Origin: Vampirovibrionaceae bacterium NZW_1234
Lineage (GTDB): Bacteria; Cyanobacteriota; Vampirovibrionia; Vampirovibrionales; JAGQHJ01
Length of the DNA: 64,000 nucleotides
Reading direction: 5' to 3'
NCBI GenBank assembly: GCA_041697335.1
Contig: JBGUGD010000025.1
Location: 4,967 to 68,966 of the forward strand
Shown here: positions 1 to 9,145 of the stretch, piece after piece
Numbering within the stretch: position 1 is the first letter of the stretch
Layout: the number at the start of each line of letters is the position of its first letter
The notes under the pieces: model-generated
The model's database searches: none
What the model was told of the DNA's origin: nothing
Seen by the model: only the letters and a program-made list of their open reading frames with translations
Translations under genes and position numbers: made by a program

Positions 1-1278
1 GGCGGCAGCCTGGGCTTTGTTGAGATAGTCCCGGTTGCCGGTAGCCTGATACAGTGTCAGAAAGGCGCGACCCATGGAGATGGTATCACCCAGGTAAGGG
101 CCGGCAACATCCTTTTCGTCGTGGCGAAAACCGCCATCGGGGAGACTCCTGTTTTCGAGAACCCAGTTCATTGCTTTTTCAGCCCGCTTCAAATAGGTTT
201 CGTCCTGGGTTGCAATGTATAAATGAGCCAAGGCATTAATTACCCAGCCGTTTTCCCGGGCATAGGAGTGCTTATCGATGCGGGGCATTCCCAGCTTGCG
301 GCGCTCGGCATCGTTTAAGGCAAAATACTCACCGCTGTGCTCACCTTGGATCAGGTCGGCATCCTGGCTGGTATAGTAGGCCCCTTCCGGGCTGGACAGG
401 AAATTCTCCAGGTAGCTGTAAATCTTTTCTGCGGTATCCAAATGAGCTGGATCTTTCCATAGGCTGTAGGCTTGAGCATAGATGCGCAGGTTTTCGGCCT
501 GGACGGACATGATTTTTTCAAAGTGGGGGTGCTTCCAGTCCCCATGGGTGGAGTACTGGTAGATCCCACCCCAGACCGGGTCCAATAGATTGACCTGAAC
601 TTTAAGTGTTTCTTTGACTTGGTTCTCAGCTTCTTTATCCCCGGTACGGGCTTTGGCCATGGCATATTCCACGCTGTCCCAATCCATGAATTTATGAGAA
701 CCGATGCTCCAGCCACCCTCTTCGGTATCGTACTGGTTGGCTTGAATTTCCTCCAGGTCCTTGCGTAAGTCTTCGGCCAGGAAGGGATCCGTCGAGTAAT
801 CTTTCGAACTCAGTTTGAGAGACTCATCGTCATCGGGCTCCGGAACAGGGTTTGCAACCAGTTTTTTAAGCAGGGGCACCATTTCTTCCGGTGGGATGTA
901 CCCAGCTCGCTTAGCCAATTCGGTACCATTGGGAGCATAAATCACGGTGGCGGGCCAGCCATAATCCATGTAGCGGTTCGAGAGGTCGGGGCGAGAGTCC
1001 TGATCCACGCGAACAGGAATAAACTTGGATTTTAAAATCTTCATGACTTCGGGGTTGTGATAGGTTTTTTCTTCCATGACGTGACACCAATGGCACCATA
1101 CGGCTTCCAGATCCAGAATCACAAACCGGTTTTCTTTCTTGGCTTGCTCAAAAACACTGTCGGACCAGCCAGACCATTGAAGTCCAGAACTCTCAGATGC
1201 AAATACAACAGAAGGAAGGCTGGAAAAACCCACAGACAAGCTGGTGGCCAGCATGAAGGAGATGATTCGTTTTTTCAA
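1..1278 (-). CDS. Thioredoxin-domain (DUF255/YyaL-like) protein; 3' end lies outside the window
   Basis: Absent from the ORF track because it runs off the window edge. My minus-strand translation reads LKKRIISFMLATSLSVGFSSLPSVVFA (signal-like), then LDLEAVWCHWCHVMEEKTY (CxxC) and VRVDQDSRPDLSNRY, then a long helical region open to base 1. TTG 1278 is preceded by GAAAGAGG; ATG 1254 is an alternative start. Confidence 0.75.
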   Translation of the reverse strand, partial: MKKRIISFMLATSLSVGFSSLPSVVFASESSGLQWSGWSDSVFEQAKKENRFVILDLEAVWCHWCHVMEEKTYHNPEVMKILKSKFIPVRVDQDSRPDLSNRYMDYGWPATVIYAPNGTELAKRAGYIPPEEMVPLLKKLVANPVPEPDDDESLKLSSKDYSTDPFLAEDLRKDLEEIQANQYDTEEGGWSIGSHKFMDWDSVEYAMAKARTGDKEAENQVKETLKVQVNLLDPVWGGIYQYSTHGDWKHPHFEKIMSVQAENLRIYAQAYSLWKDPAHLDTAEKIYSYLENFLSSPEGAYYTSQDADLIQGEHSGEYFALNDAERRKLGMPRIDKHSYARENGWVINALAHLYIATQDETYLKRAEKAMNWVLENRSLPDGGFRHDEKDVAGPYLGDTISMGRAFLTLYQATGNRDYLNKAQAAA

Positions 1279-1535
1279 GGGATGCCTCTTTCGACAGGTG
1301 TCACATCATACATAAGGTTGCATTACTTCCTTATTCTATCAGAGCGCAATGGGGGGCAGACCCATCAACCACATGAGTCTTCAGGGTTGAGTCTGCTACG
1401 GGTTTCCTGAGAACAGACGGTTGGAATGGATAGAGAGGACTAGGTGTTACAAGAATGCAACACGGGCTCAAGAATTCGTGGATGTCGCTCGATACCATGG
1501 GCATCTCTCAAGAAATGTAACGTGGATCGCTTGAA

Positions 1536-1979
1536 ATGTACCCGAACACCTCCTCGTCGAGGAAATCACCTGAGACTATGAAACGCCAGAAACGATGGTA
1601 CGAGAAAAACCCCCTGACCCGAGAAGCGATGGAAATTTGGCGCGATATGCCGCACCCCATTCGTCGGGGTCTGGGTAAATTCATCTTTAATATCTGTACC
1701 AGCTCCCGTGCCTATCGGGAGGGGCGCTTGGACTCGGTACCCAACATGTTTCCCGAATTGTACCTGATGTTCCGCAAGCGTCGCTGGTATGACCAAGACC
1801 CGATTGTTCGCAAGGCTTTTATTGCCATGGGCTATACCAGTCATCGCGAGATTGTCTGGCTTGCCGAACGCATTGTGGTGCTGAAAAAGCTCCTGGAACA
1901 ACAGGCTCTGGATGGGGATTATATGTCCGAGGATCAAATCGATCGCATGTTGTCCTCTGTTTTTGCCCGAAGCCATTAA
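1536..1979 (+). CDS. Hypothetical protein with an internal RRWY(E/D)xxP duplication
   Basis: 147-aa ORF. KRWYEKNPLTREAM and RRWYDQDPIVRKAF repeat within it. The start could be the internal MKRQKRW. No recognisable family. Confidence 0.45.
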   Translation: MYPNTSSSRKSPETMKRQKRWYEKNPLTREAMEIWRDMPHPIRRGLGKFIFNICTSSRAYREGRLDSVPNMFPELYLMFRKRRWYDQDPIVRKAFIAMGYTSHREIVWLAERIVVLKKLLEQQALDGDYMSEDQIDRMLSSVFARSH

Positions 1980-2032
1980 CGCCTCAGAATTTCATCCTTC
2001 CTTCGTGCCCAGGCAGCCTTCCCGGCCCACAG

Positions 2033-2824
2033 TCATGCTGACTTTTCAGCGGAAGGTGTGACGCGGGTTCCCAGTGTTGAGTCCATCGCGGATGCGGGCT
2101 TGTATAAGCCATTATCGAAAATATACTCTTCCACTTTTCGAGGCACCAGCTTTAACAGACGTTTACCTTGGGCGGCCAGGGTTCTGACCAAGGTCGAGGA
2201 CACCTTCATTGGGGGTGTTTTAACGGGTTTAATGCTGAGTGGAATCTGTTTACCGTTATAATTCAGCACGGTGGGCAAATCGGCTTGGGTCTTGTCTCGG
2301 GGCGAGATGTACAAATCACAATTCTCAAGAATGATGGGGCCCCGATCGCCCCAGAACTGGGGCATGGTTTCCAGAACATCCAGACCCATACCCATGGGGT
2401 AGCGAACCCCTTTATCTTTAAACAGGGTCCGAAAGCCGGGACACAGATGTTCAAGGGTATTGATGGTGTAATTGGGTGGAGGCAGATGATTCTCAATGTC
2501 AGACACAGAGACATCCGTCAGGTTTTCCATGGCCAGTTTCGCCATGGCCAGGCGATGATGAAACGGCGTGGCTTTTTTGGCATCCTTGACCGGGTGGGCT
2601 GCTGCAGGCACAAATTGAACCTTGATGTTGTACTGGTCCCGGATAGCTTTGGCTAAAAACCAGTGCCCCCAATGGGTGGGGTCGGCGGCGCTGCCCAGAA
2701 AACATTCATTCAGGACGGGCGTGCTCTGCCCGAACCGAACCGAAGATTGGCGATTGGCCTGTTGCCCGCGACGGGCAAGGGATAATGACGCAAGGGAGGA
2801 AGAAAACCGGATCACACCCATCAC
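2033..2824 (-). CDS. nadD: Nicotinate-nucleotide adenylyltransferase (NadD-like) with about 40 aa of N-terminal extension
   Basis: GSAADPTHWGH matches the (H/T)xGH nucleotidyltransferase motif. VSSTLVR matches the ISSTxxR motif near the C-terminus. Confidence 0.75.
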   Translation of the reverse strand: MMGVIRFSSSLASLSLARRGQQANRQSSVRFGQSTPVLNECFLGSAADPTHWGHWFLAKAIRDQYNIKVQFVPAAAHPVKDAKKATPFHHRLAMAKLAMENLTDVSVSDIENHLPPPNYTINTLEHLCPGFRTLFKDKGVRYPMGMGLDVLETMPQFWGDRGPIILENCDLYISPRDKTQADLPTVLNYNGKQIPLSIKPVKTPPMKVSSTLVRTLAAQGKRLLKLVPRKVEEYIFDNGLYKPASAMDSTLGTRVTPSAEKSA

Positions 2825-2938
2825 ACCTCAAAAAACCTCATCCGTTGATGATACTCATTCAAGAGAAAGAGCAAAGTCTTCAGCAGGATATTGCAACGAA
2901 CGGTAACAATAGCGCCTCAGAAAACTGTTGTGCAATGG

Positions 2939-4237
2939 CTAGCGTGTGGGATTCGCAGGGGCGGATGTCGGTTTTTTCCCTGATCCGATACCGGTCAGGG
3001 CCCGAAGGAACCAACCGCGCCAGGTCTTCGGATCGATCTGGCTGTCAATCAGTTGGCTTAACAACTTCGTCCGTCCTTCCTCCGTATGTAGATCGCCGGC
3101 TTGGGAGAGGATCTGGTTAATGATGGCTTCCTGCCCTCCCAGGGCTTCAACGGCGGTATTAACCAGTTTCTTCTGGCCTTCCGGTGTGTTGACATCGTTG
3201 ATCACCGGGAGGGCCTCCTTGAGTTTGGCAAATAACGTGTTGATCAGTTCTTCTTTGCCGCCCAGGGTTTCAACCAGGGCCCCCATCAATTCTTTTTGGC
3301 CTTGAGGGTCATTAATTTTCTCCACCAGCGGCTTAAACTTCCGGGCCAGGGCATTCACCAGATCCCGGGACAGATCTTTATCCTTGATGGCCTGTGCCAG
3401 GGCATCGACGAGGTTGTTGTCCTTAATGGCTTTCCCCAGGGCCTGGCTGAGTTCTTCCATGCCGTTTTCGCCCTTGAGCTTTTTGGCCAGATCCGGGTAG
3501 CGTTGCTCGGCAACCGTAAGCAGCATATCGATGAGTTTCTTTTGGCCCTTTTCGTCTTTCAGGAGTTTAAGAACAGGATCCAACTGGGGTTTAACCGCTT
3601 CGAGGCCATCTTTAATGATCTCCTGGCGCTCTTCCTTGCGTCCGAACATGTTTTTCATGTATTCGGTTAAGGAGTTCCATTTGAAGGCGATGAACGCGGC
3701 GGCCGAACCCACAATGGCGAGGATACCGCCCACGGTTATCCAGCGACGGTAGCGGCGATAGAAGGAGCGTTTGATGGGTTTTTTAGGTTCCTCTGGCGGG
3801 GGCTCTGCCGATTTGGTTTCGACAGGGGCTTCTGTCTGTGACGCCTCTTTTTCAGCCAGCAATTCCTGTAACGAAGGGAAGCTCATGGGTTGGTGGCGCA
3901 TGGGCAACCCTTGGGCATGGCGATAGCGCTGCCAATAATCCGTTTGCCCATACCCTGAGTTGGAATAAGGTGAATACTGACCGGCATATTGGCCATAGTA
4001 TCCTGCCTGTCCCGTTTGGGCACCCGAGTAGCCATAGGGCGAACTCCCCTGGCCATATCCTGTTTGTGAATAAGGAGACCATGGCGCCGTACGCGCAATT
4101 TGCGCGTACGGAGAAGAAACATATCCCCGTTGCGTATAGGGAGACCCGGCAGATGGATAGGCCGTGGTGGTTGTGGGTATGGGTGAGTACAAGGGAAACC
4201 CCTCCGTCATGAATGCAAGGATTCGTTTGGGATGCAT
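2939..4237 (-). CDS. Hypothetical single-pass membrane protein with a Y/G/S/Q-rich N-terminus and helical repeats
   Basis: 432-aa ORF. The N-terminal ~110 aa are rich in SPY/GY/GQ. The TM segment is WITVGGILAIVGSAAAFIAF. The C-terminal part repeats (P)xGQK(K/E)L...(E)xLGG(K/Q)E(E/A)(L/I)IN. Confidence 0.6.
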   Translation of the reverse strand: MHPKRILAFMTEGFPLYSPIPTTTTAYPSAGSPYTQRGYVSSPYAQIARTAPWSPYSQTGYGQGSSPYGYSGAQTGQAGYYGQYAGQYSPYSNSGYGQTDYWQRYRHAQGLPMRHQPMSFPSLQELLAEKEASQTEAPVETKSAEPPPEEPKKPIKRSFYRRYRRWITVGGILAIVGSAAAFIAFKWNSLTEYMKNMFGRKEERQEIIKDGLEAVKPQLDPVLKLLKDEKGQKKLIDMLLTVAEQRYPDLAKKLKGENGMEELSQALGKAIKDNNLVDALAQAIKDKDLSRDLVNALARKFKPLVEKINDPQGQKELMGALVETLGGKEELINTLFAKLKEALPVINDVNTPEGQKKLVNTAVEALGGQEAIINQILSQAGDLHTEEGRTKLLSQLIDSQIDPKTWRGWFLRALTGIGSGKKPTSAPANPTR

Positions 4238-4535
4238 TCGTGTTGTGTCGTCAGTAATAAAACCCCTCCAGACGGTTTTGTGACAGGCAATTTCCCAGGC
4301 GTGAAACGGACGCTTTGAGCTTATTTCACATGGTCTATCCTGAGGGGGGGATCAGATTCTATGAGAGGAACGGAAAAGTTTTCCGTTCCTCTGACTTGAA
4401 ATTGCCCAACACACATCATTCATGGGGCTTCTAGGTCATTCAGCGGATTTTTCACCAAGATCCCTTAGATGCTACAGGGACAAAATGCAGGGGATTCGAT
4501 ACAATAGGGAAGTCGTATTTTGAAAACAGGCTGAA

Positions 4536-5525
4536 TTGCAATCCCCTATGTTATCTGATCACAAGACCATTATCGTCCTGGACCTCGAAACCACAGGGTT
4601 GGACCACCGTACGGAGCGGATTTTGGAGTTTGGGGCCGTTCGCCTCGAAAACGGCGAAGTGGTGGATGAGTATGAAACCCTGGTGAATCCGGAAGTCCCG
4701 ATTCGCCACAGCAGCTTTAACATTCATGGCATCTCCGAGGAGATGGTGAAGGATGCCCCCAAGATCGAAGAAGTGATGCCCAAGATTCTGGAATTTATTG
4801 GGGAACATCCTTTTGTGGCCCACAGCGCCATTTTTGACTACAGCTTCCTGAATGAGACCATGAAGCGCCTTTATGAAAAGCGCCTGACCAATTTGCGGAT
4901 TGATACCTTTGATATGTTTCGGGTGGTCTTTCCGGAAGAGCCCAGCCATGGGTTGTCGGCCTTGTTGAGCAAGTTTGGCTATGCCTCGGATGTGAAGCAT
5001 CGGGCCCTGGACGATGCCAAGAATCTGGCCCTGGTGTATCCGAAACTTCGGGAACTTTATGAACAGCAAATTTCCTGGCAGCTTTCCCAGTTGACCAATG
5101 TGCCCTATCTGGCCGAGCGTTACTTGCGGTTGCAGAAAACCATCCAGATGCTTCAGGCTGAAGCCGGTGATCTGCGTGAGATCTTCAAGATTTATTTTCA
5201 GGAGGGCGGTAAGCCCTTGCTCACCACGTCTGGTGAATTAATGGTGTCGTCCTATCGGCGCAACTATGAATACAATGAACCGGCGCTTCGTCAGATTATC
5301 GAAATGGCGGGCTTGGGGCATCAGGCATTTAAAGTGAACACCAAAGTGGTGGATCGACTGATCGATCGCAACGATACCGATGCCGATGTTCGTGCGGCCC
5401 TCAAGGAAGCGCGAGTTCAGATGTCTGAGTCACGTCTGATTTCCTTCATCAAGCCGACCGAGACCGTTGAGATTACGTCCATTGCCGAAGAGGAACCGGC
5501 GAAAGAAGAAGTCTCTTCCGAGTAA
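4536..5525 (+). CDS. DnaQ-like 3'-5' exonuclease (DEDDh) with an uncharacterised C-terminal extension of about 150 aa
   Basis: Exo I is IIVLDLETTGL, Exo II is HSAIFDYSFL and Exo III is HRALDDAKNLA. TTG at 4536 or ATG at 4548. Confidence 0.8.
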   Translation: MQSPMLSDHKTIIVLDLETTGLDHRTERILEFGAVRLENGEVVDEYETLVNPEVPIRHSSFNIHGISEEMVKDAPKIEEVMPKILEFIGEHPFVAHSAIFDYSFLNETMKRLYEKRLTNLRIDTFDMFRVVFPEEPSHGLSALLSKFGYASDVKHRALDDAKNLALVYPKLRELYEQQISWQLSQLTNVPYLAERYLRLQKTIQMLQAEAGDLREIFKIYFQEGGKPLLTTSGELMVSSYRRNYEYNEPALRQIIEMAGLGHQAFKVNTKVVDRLIDRNDTDADVRAALKEARVQMSESRLISFIKPTETVEITSIAEEEPAKEEVSSE

Positions 5526-5550
5526 TTCATCGAATACTTCACGATTAGGG

Positions 5551-6381
5551 TTATTCAGTCCCCTTCGTTTCACCAGGGGGAACCAACGGCGACGGGTCCG
5601 GAAGCTTTTCCAGCAGACTTTTGGCAATCGCTTCTGCCTTGGGATCGATTGGGATCTGGCGGAAGTTCTCGAGCTGTTTTTTTACCATTGTTGCCGTTTC
5701 TCTGGCAGAGAGTGAAAAATAGGAGGCATATCCTCTGAGTGTGCCGGAGCGCTGCTGAACCTGGAGTGCTCCGAGACGTTTCAGGAGTCCTTGATAATAA
5801 CGTTGGACGAGATTATGTTCGGTACCCCAATACAGAGCACGCCCCGGATTCTGAGCGAGCGCGGTTGTCACTAATGCTTCCACCAATCCTTGAAATCGCC
5901 CGTTGAGGGGTGGGGGTGGCTGAAGGTTATTGGCATAGCGATCCCGTCTGTTCCAGTAGGGCACCTCTAAACTGTGAAGCTCAACGCTGAAGGGATATCG
6001 GGTTGCCTGGATGACGCCGGCTACTTTTCCGTTCACCATTCGGTCGCCTTCCCGATGTCCTCCCACCGTGATGACATAGGTCCGGTTTCGTTCAACGAGA
6101 TGTGCTATTCGGGTGACCAGGTGAAGTGCTTTTCTTAAGGGCCAGGGCAGAGTTTGCACCCTGTCATGATGACGAGCCAAAAACTTGGCATCAAACCTGA
6201 GCCGATCGGAAAAGGTTTGTTGATAAGGCGGGCCGGCATCACTCCAGTGCGAAAAAATGGTTTCCAGCCGTTTGTAATCATCAGGTTCAACCTCCCAGAC
6301 CTGCGCGGGCACATACCCGCTGGTCCCCGATGACACAAAACGGACCGGAACGTCATTGCAGAGAATGGCGCCAAAACGCAT
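5551..6381 (-). CDS. Hypothetical protein
   Basis: Long ORF 5551..6471. The first ATG (MRFGAILC) is at 6381; the TTG at 6471 is an alternative. No recognised motifs. Confidence 0.5.
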   Translation of the reverse strand: MRFGAILCNDVPVRFVSSGTSGYVPAQVWEVEPDDYKRLETIFSHWSDAGPPYQQTFSDRLRFDAKFLARHHDRVQTLPWPLRKALHLVTRIAHLVERNRTYVITVGGHREGDRMVNGKVAGVIQATRYPFSVELHSLEVPYWNRRDRYANNLQPPPPLNGRFQGLVEALVTTALAQNPGRALYWGTEHNLVQRYYQGLLKRLGALQVQQRSGTLRGYASYFSLSARETATMVKKQLENFRQIPIDPKAEAIAKSLLEKLPDPSPLVPPGETKGTE

Positions 6382-6724
6382 GGCGGAATTCGATGGGACC
6401 AAAGTTGAGCAATGTGGAAGTGACAGCTGCAATGGGAGAGACCTCTGTGGCCAGCTGAAGTTAACCTGCAACAGTAAACGCCAAACAACACTCGAAATTG
6501 ACTCCCAACTCCGCTACTGAGTTTCAATAGCGCGTGTCGGGGATCGCTTATCTTGTTACAAAGTTAATAAATTAACAAAAAATTTATTATTGATTGTTTT
6601 TATAAATACAAATGGATTCGTCGTACGGAGGTTTCGCTTCTCATCTCTCCTGTCTTCCGTACGGGGCTCTCTGAGCCAATTCCCATGAGCAATCGTAAAG
6701 AGTTTAGAGTTAGGAGTTTCGCCG

Positions 6725-7468
6725 ATGTTTTCACCAACAGCTTTTCAACCGCAACGATCTTTTTTGCCCCCGCCAACGGGTCGTATTTCGCGATTTGATG
6801 ATATTGCCGCCCGTATTGCTGCGCATGATGTTTTGATGAACGGCAATATGAACGGGACCATCTATTATCAAACGTTGTTCAACCCCAAAGGCAGTGGTCA
6901 GGGTGAAGTGTTCCTGAGTGATCCTGAACGTGCCTCGGTATTTATGAACATGCTTCAGCGGGATTATTACGATGATGGTGTCGTCAATGGTTCGGCTCAG
7001 CGCAAAGTAGTTGTGGATAACTACTACAACACCACAGGCCATTATCTGGCACCCATTATGAATGCTCCGTTGCGTCCGGCGGATACCAGCTATGAAGCTA
7101 TCTTCAAGCCGGGACTCAGCAATCGGGATCCTGATTTCCTGCAAAAGCAGATGCAGTATGCCGGATTAAATGCAACCCAATTGGGTGCTTACGCACTGTG
7201 GGGGCACGCAGCCGGACAAAATGGCTTCTTGACGGATCAAAACGTTCGCCCGTTTTTGGCCAACAGCTATAGCAATCCCCAGGCGATCGACTATCGTATG
7301 ATTCAGTCTTCTCCGGAAATCAAGCGCTATGTCGAGAACCTGTACTGGAGTCAGAGCCCGGCACAAGGCCTGAATAACGGGTTCCTGAGCGCCATGGAAA
7401 AGGTCTTTAATTTACCCGGGCAACTGGTCCGAGGCCCGCAACCTCGTCCTTTGACATCGTTTAGCTAA
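6725..7468 (+). CDS. Hypothetical protein
   Basis: 247-aa ORF followed by an intrinsic terminator. AT-rich upstream region contains a TTGTTTTTATAAATAC box. Confidence 0.55.
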   Translation: MFSPTAFQPQRSFLPPPTGRISRFDDIAARIAAHDVLMNGNMNGTIYYQTLFNPKGSGQGEVFLSDPERASVFMNMLQRDYYDDGVVNGSAQRKVVVDNYYNTTGHYLAPIMNAPLRPADTSYEAIFKPGLSNRDPDFLQKQMQYAGLNATQLGAYALWGHAAGQNGFLTDQNVRPFLANSYSNPQAIDYRMIQSSPEIKRYVENLYWSQSPAQGLNNGFLSAMEKVFNLPGQLVRGPQPRPLTSFS

Positions 7469-7520
7469 GGCTTTTCAGTGCCTCATAGGCACTCCGGATA
7501 TTCTTCTCTTTATGATTTGA

Positions 7521-7558
7521 ACCCACCCAGGGTTTACTCTGGGCTGGGTCTTTTTTTT
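7521..7558 (+). terminator. Rho-independent terminator
   Basis: ACCCACCCAG..CTGGGCTGGGT stem followed by CTTTTTTTT. Confidence 0.6.
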
Positions 7559-7675
7559 GGTTTCACCGTGATAAAGCCGAGTGATCACGAGGGCAGATCT
7601 CTCTACGGCCTACGGCTATCCTGAAGAAGGAGAATCCTCGATCTGATGGGAAGGCCTCGTGATTTTGGGACAGTC

Positions 7676-8176
7676 TTATTCTGCTTCCGGGGGGATACTG
7701 CTGTGAACGGAGCCGGGTTGATGCTGCGTCAGGATATCTTCCAAGGTGACACCCAGGGCAGAGGAGGCCTGATGCGGAGCTGTGGGATCGGTTTTTTTGA
7801 ATTTTTCAGACAAACGGCTCCACAATCTGGGTTTGTCCGGTTTTTGTTGACTCGCATGGACGGAAACCGTTGAGTGTACCGGCAATTGGTAGACACGCTG
7901 GTAGACCTTTTTCAGGTGTCTGGGCAAGTCGTCGTAGCGGACTTGGGCAACCTGCTCCAGGGGCAATGGCAATCGTGGTGAAACATCGTTTTGAAAGAGC
8001 GACATCGGGAGGGCCAATTGCAGGAAGTTGGGCTGGGTGAGCATCACTCCCTGATGAACGGCATGGGTTGGGGACACCAATACCAGGGTGGTGGCAAAGG
8101 CGGCGGTCAGTATCATGGCTTTTTGAGATAATCCGGTCCACCCGGACAGTCGATCTCGCATAATCCTCACTCTCAA
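7676..8176 (-). CDS. Hypothetical secreted or membrane-anchored protein
   Basis: 166-aa ORF with hydrophobic N-terminal segment MILTAAFATTLVLVSPTHA. Confidence 0.45.
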   Translation of the reverse strand: MRVRIMRDRLSGWTGLSQKAMILTAAFATTLVLVSPTHAVHQGVMLTQPNFLQLALPMSLFQNDVSPRLPLPLEQVAQVRYDDLPRHLKKVYQRVYQLPVHSTVSVHASQQKPDKPRLWSRLSEKFKKTDPTAPHQASSALGVTLEDILTQHQPGSVHSSIPPEAE

Positions 8177-8375
8177 AATGATAAGGGTTTTTCTAGCGCA
8201 TTCATACGGCCCCCATAAATCCCAAGGAGGGATATAAACCCTTTTAGTATCAACACACCTGAGTAAAGAAGGGGCCTACTCCTATCATAATCATAATGGA
8301 TCTGAAAGCAACGGTCGCCATCTAATCAGAGGAGGCGAGGCCATGGTGACGTTGAATATAGGATGCTTTAATAGA

Positions 8376-9077
8376 TTATTGGGTTAACCGGGGATTGTCC
8401 TGGTGTGAGGGTTTACACAAGGATTTGGCCTGATCCAGGGTATTCAAAAATTGATTTGGGTTTTCCAGTTGGGTGCCCAGACGGATGTGGGCAATGTTGT
8501 GGGTAAACACCCGATCTTGCATGTTTTTCCAGTATTGGCAGTCTCCCGTACAGGAGGTTGCATAGACCTGGGTGGTGAAGGTGGATTTGGGAGGGAGGTC
8601 TATCACCAGGTCACCCTGGCTGATACGGGCTGAAAGTTTTGCGAGATCCAGGGGAATCACGCCGAAGCTGCGGGTCATCGACTGGAAGTTCACGTTCGTG
8701 CCGCTGTAACGTGTGCTGGCATCGATTTTGGGCGTGAAATTCAAATGACACAGATCCTGTGTCGGCAAGATGGAATAGGAGCGCAAGAGATAGGATAAGC
8801 CATGATCATGGCGGACACGGGGATAGAGAACCGTTTTGGCATCACTGTAAAGTACCGGTCTGTTGGTGGCGGTGTTCAGTTTTTCATAGAGCCAGTTGAT
8901 GGTTTCCTGAAGAGAAGGTTTGCTGTCCACCGGCGGGACAGGCGGCTTTTTGAGAACAGGGGATTTATAGGGTGAGGATGAGAAGGCAGGACCAGAAAGG
9001 CCGGAGAGCAGCATGAGACAAAGCCCCAGAGTCAAGGCGATCCCATATCGAGATCGAATTCTGCTACTCATCTGCAT
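8376..9077 (-). CDS. Hypothetical secreted protein
   Basis: ATG at 9077 is preceded by GGAGGAGAG. Signal peptide MQMSSRIRSRYGIALTLGLCLMLLSGLSGPAFS. Confidence 0.55.
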   Translation of the reverse strand: MQMSSRIRSRYGIALTLGLCLMLLSGLSGPAFSSSPYKSPVLKKPPVPPVDSKPSLQETINWLYEKLNTATNRPVLYSDAKTVLYPRVRHDHGLSYLLRSYSILPTQDLCHLNFTPKIDASTRYSGTNVNFQSMTRSFGVIPLDLAKLSARISQGDLVIDLPPKSTFTTQVYATSCTGDCQYWKNMQDRVFTHNIAHIRLGTQLENPNQFLNTLDQAKSLCKPSHQDNPRLTQ

Positions 9078-9145
9078 TGTCTTGGACTCTCCTCCGTTCG
9101 TGTTTCCTGCTCTCTTTCCCAATAACCCTTGAGTTCGTCGCTAAA

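Noticed and set aside
351-1410. ORFs 351..716(-), 911..1099(-) and 1057..1410(+)
   Set aside because: They are out of frame or antisense relative to the thioredoxin-domain (DUF255) gene. That gene reads continuously on the minus strand from 1278 to the window edge with clear CxxC and DUF255 motifs.
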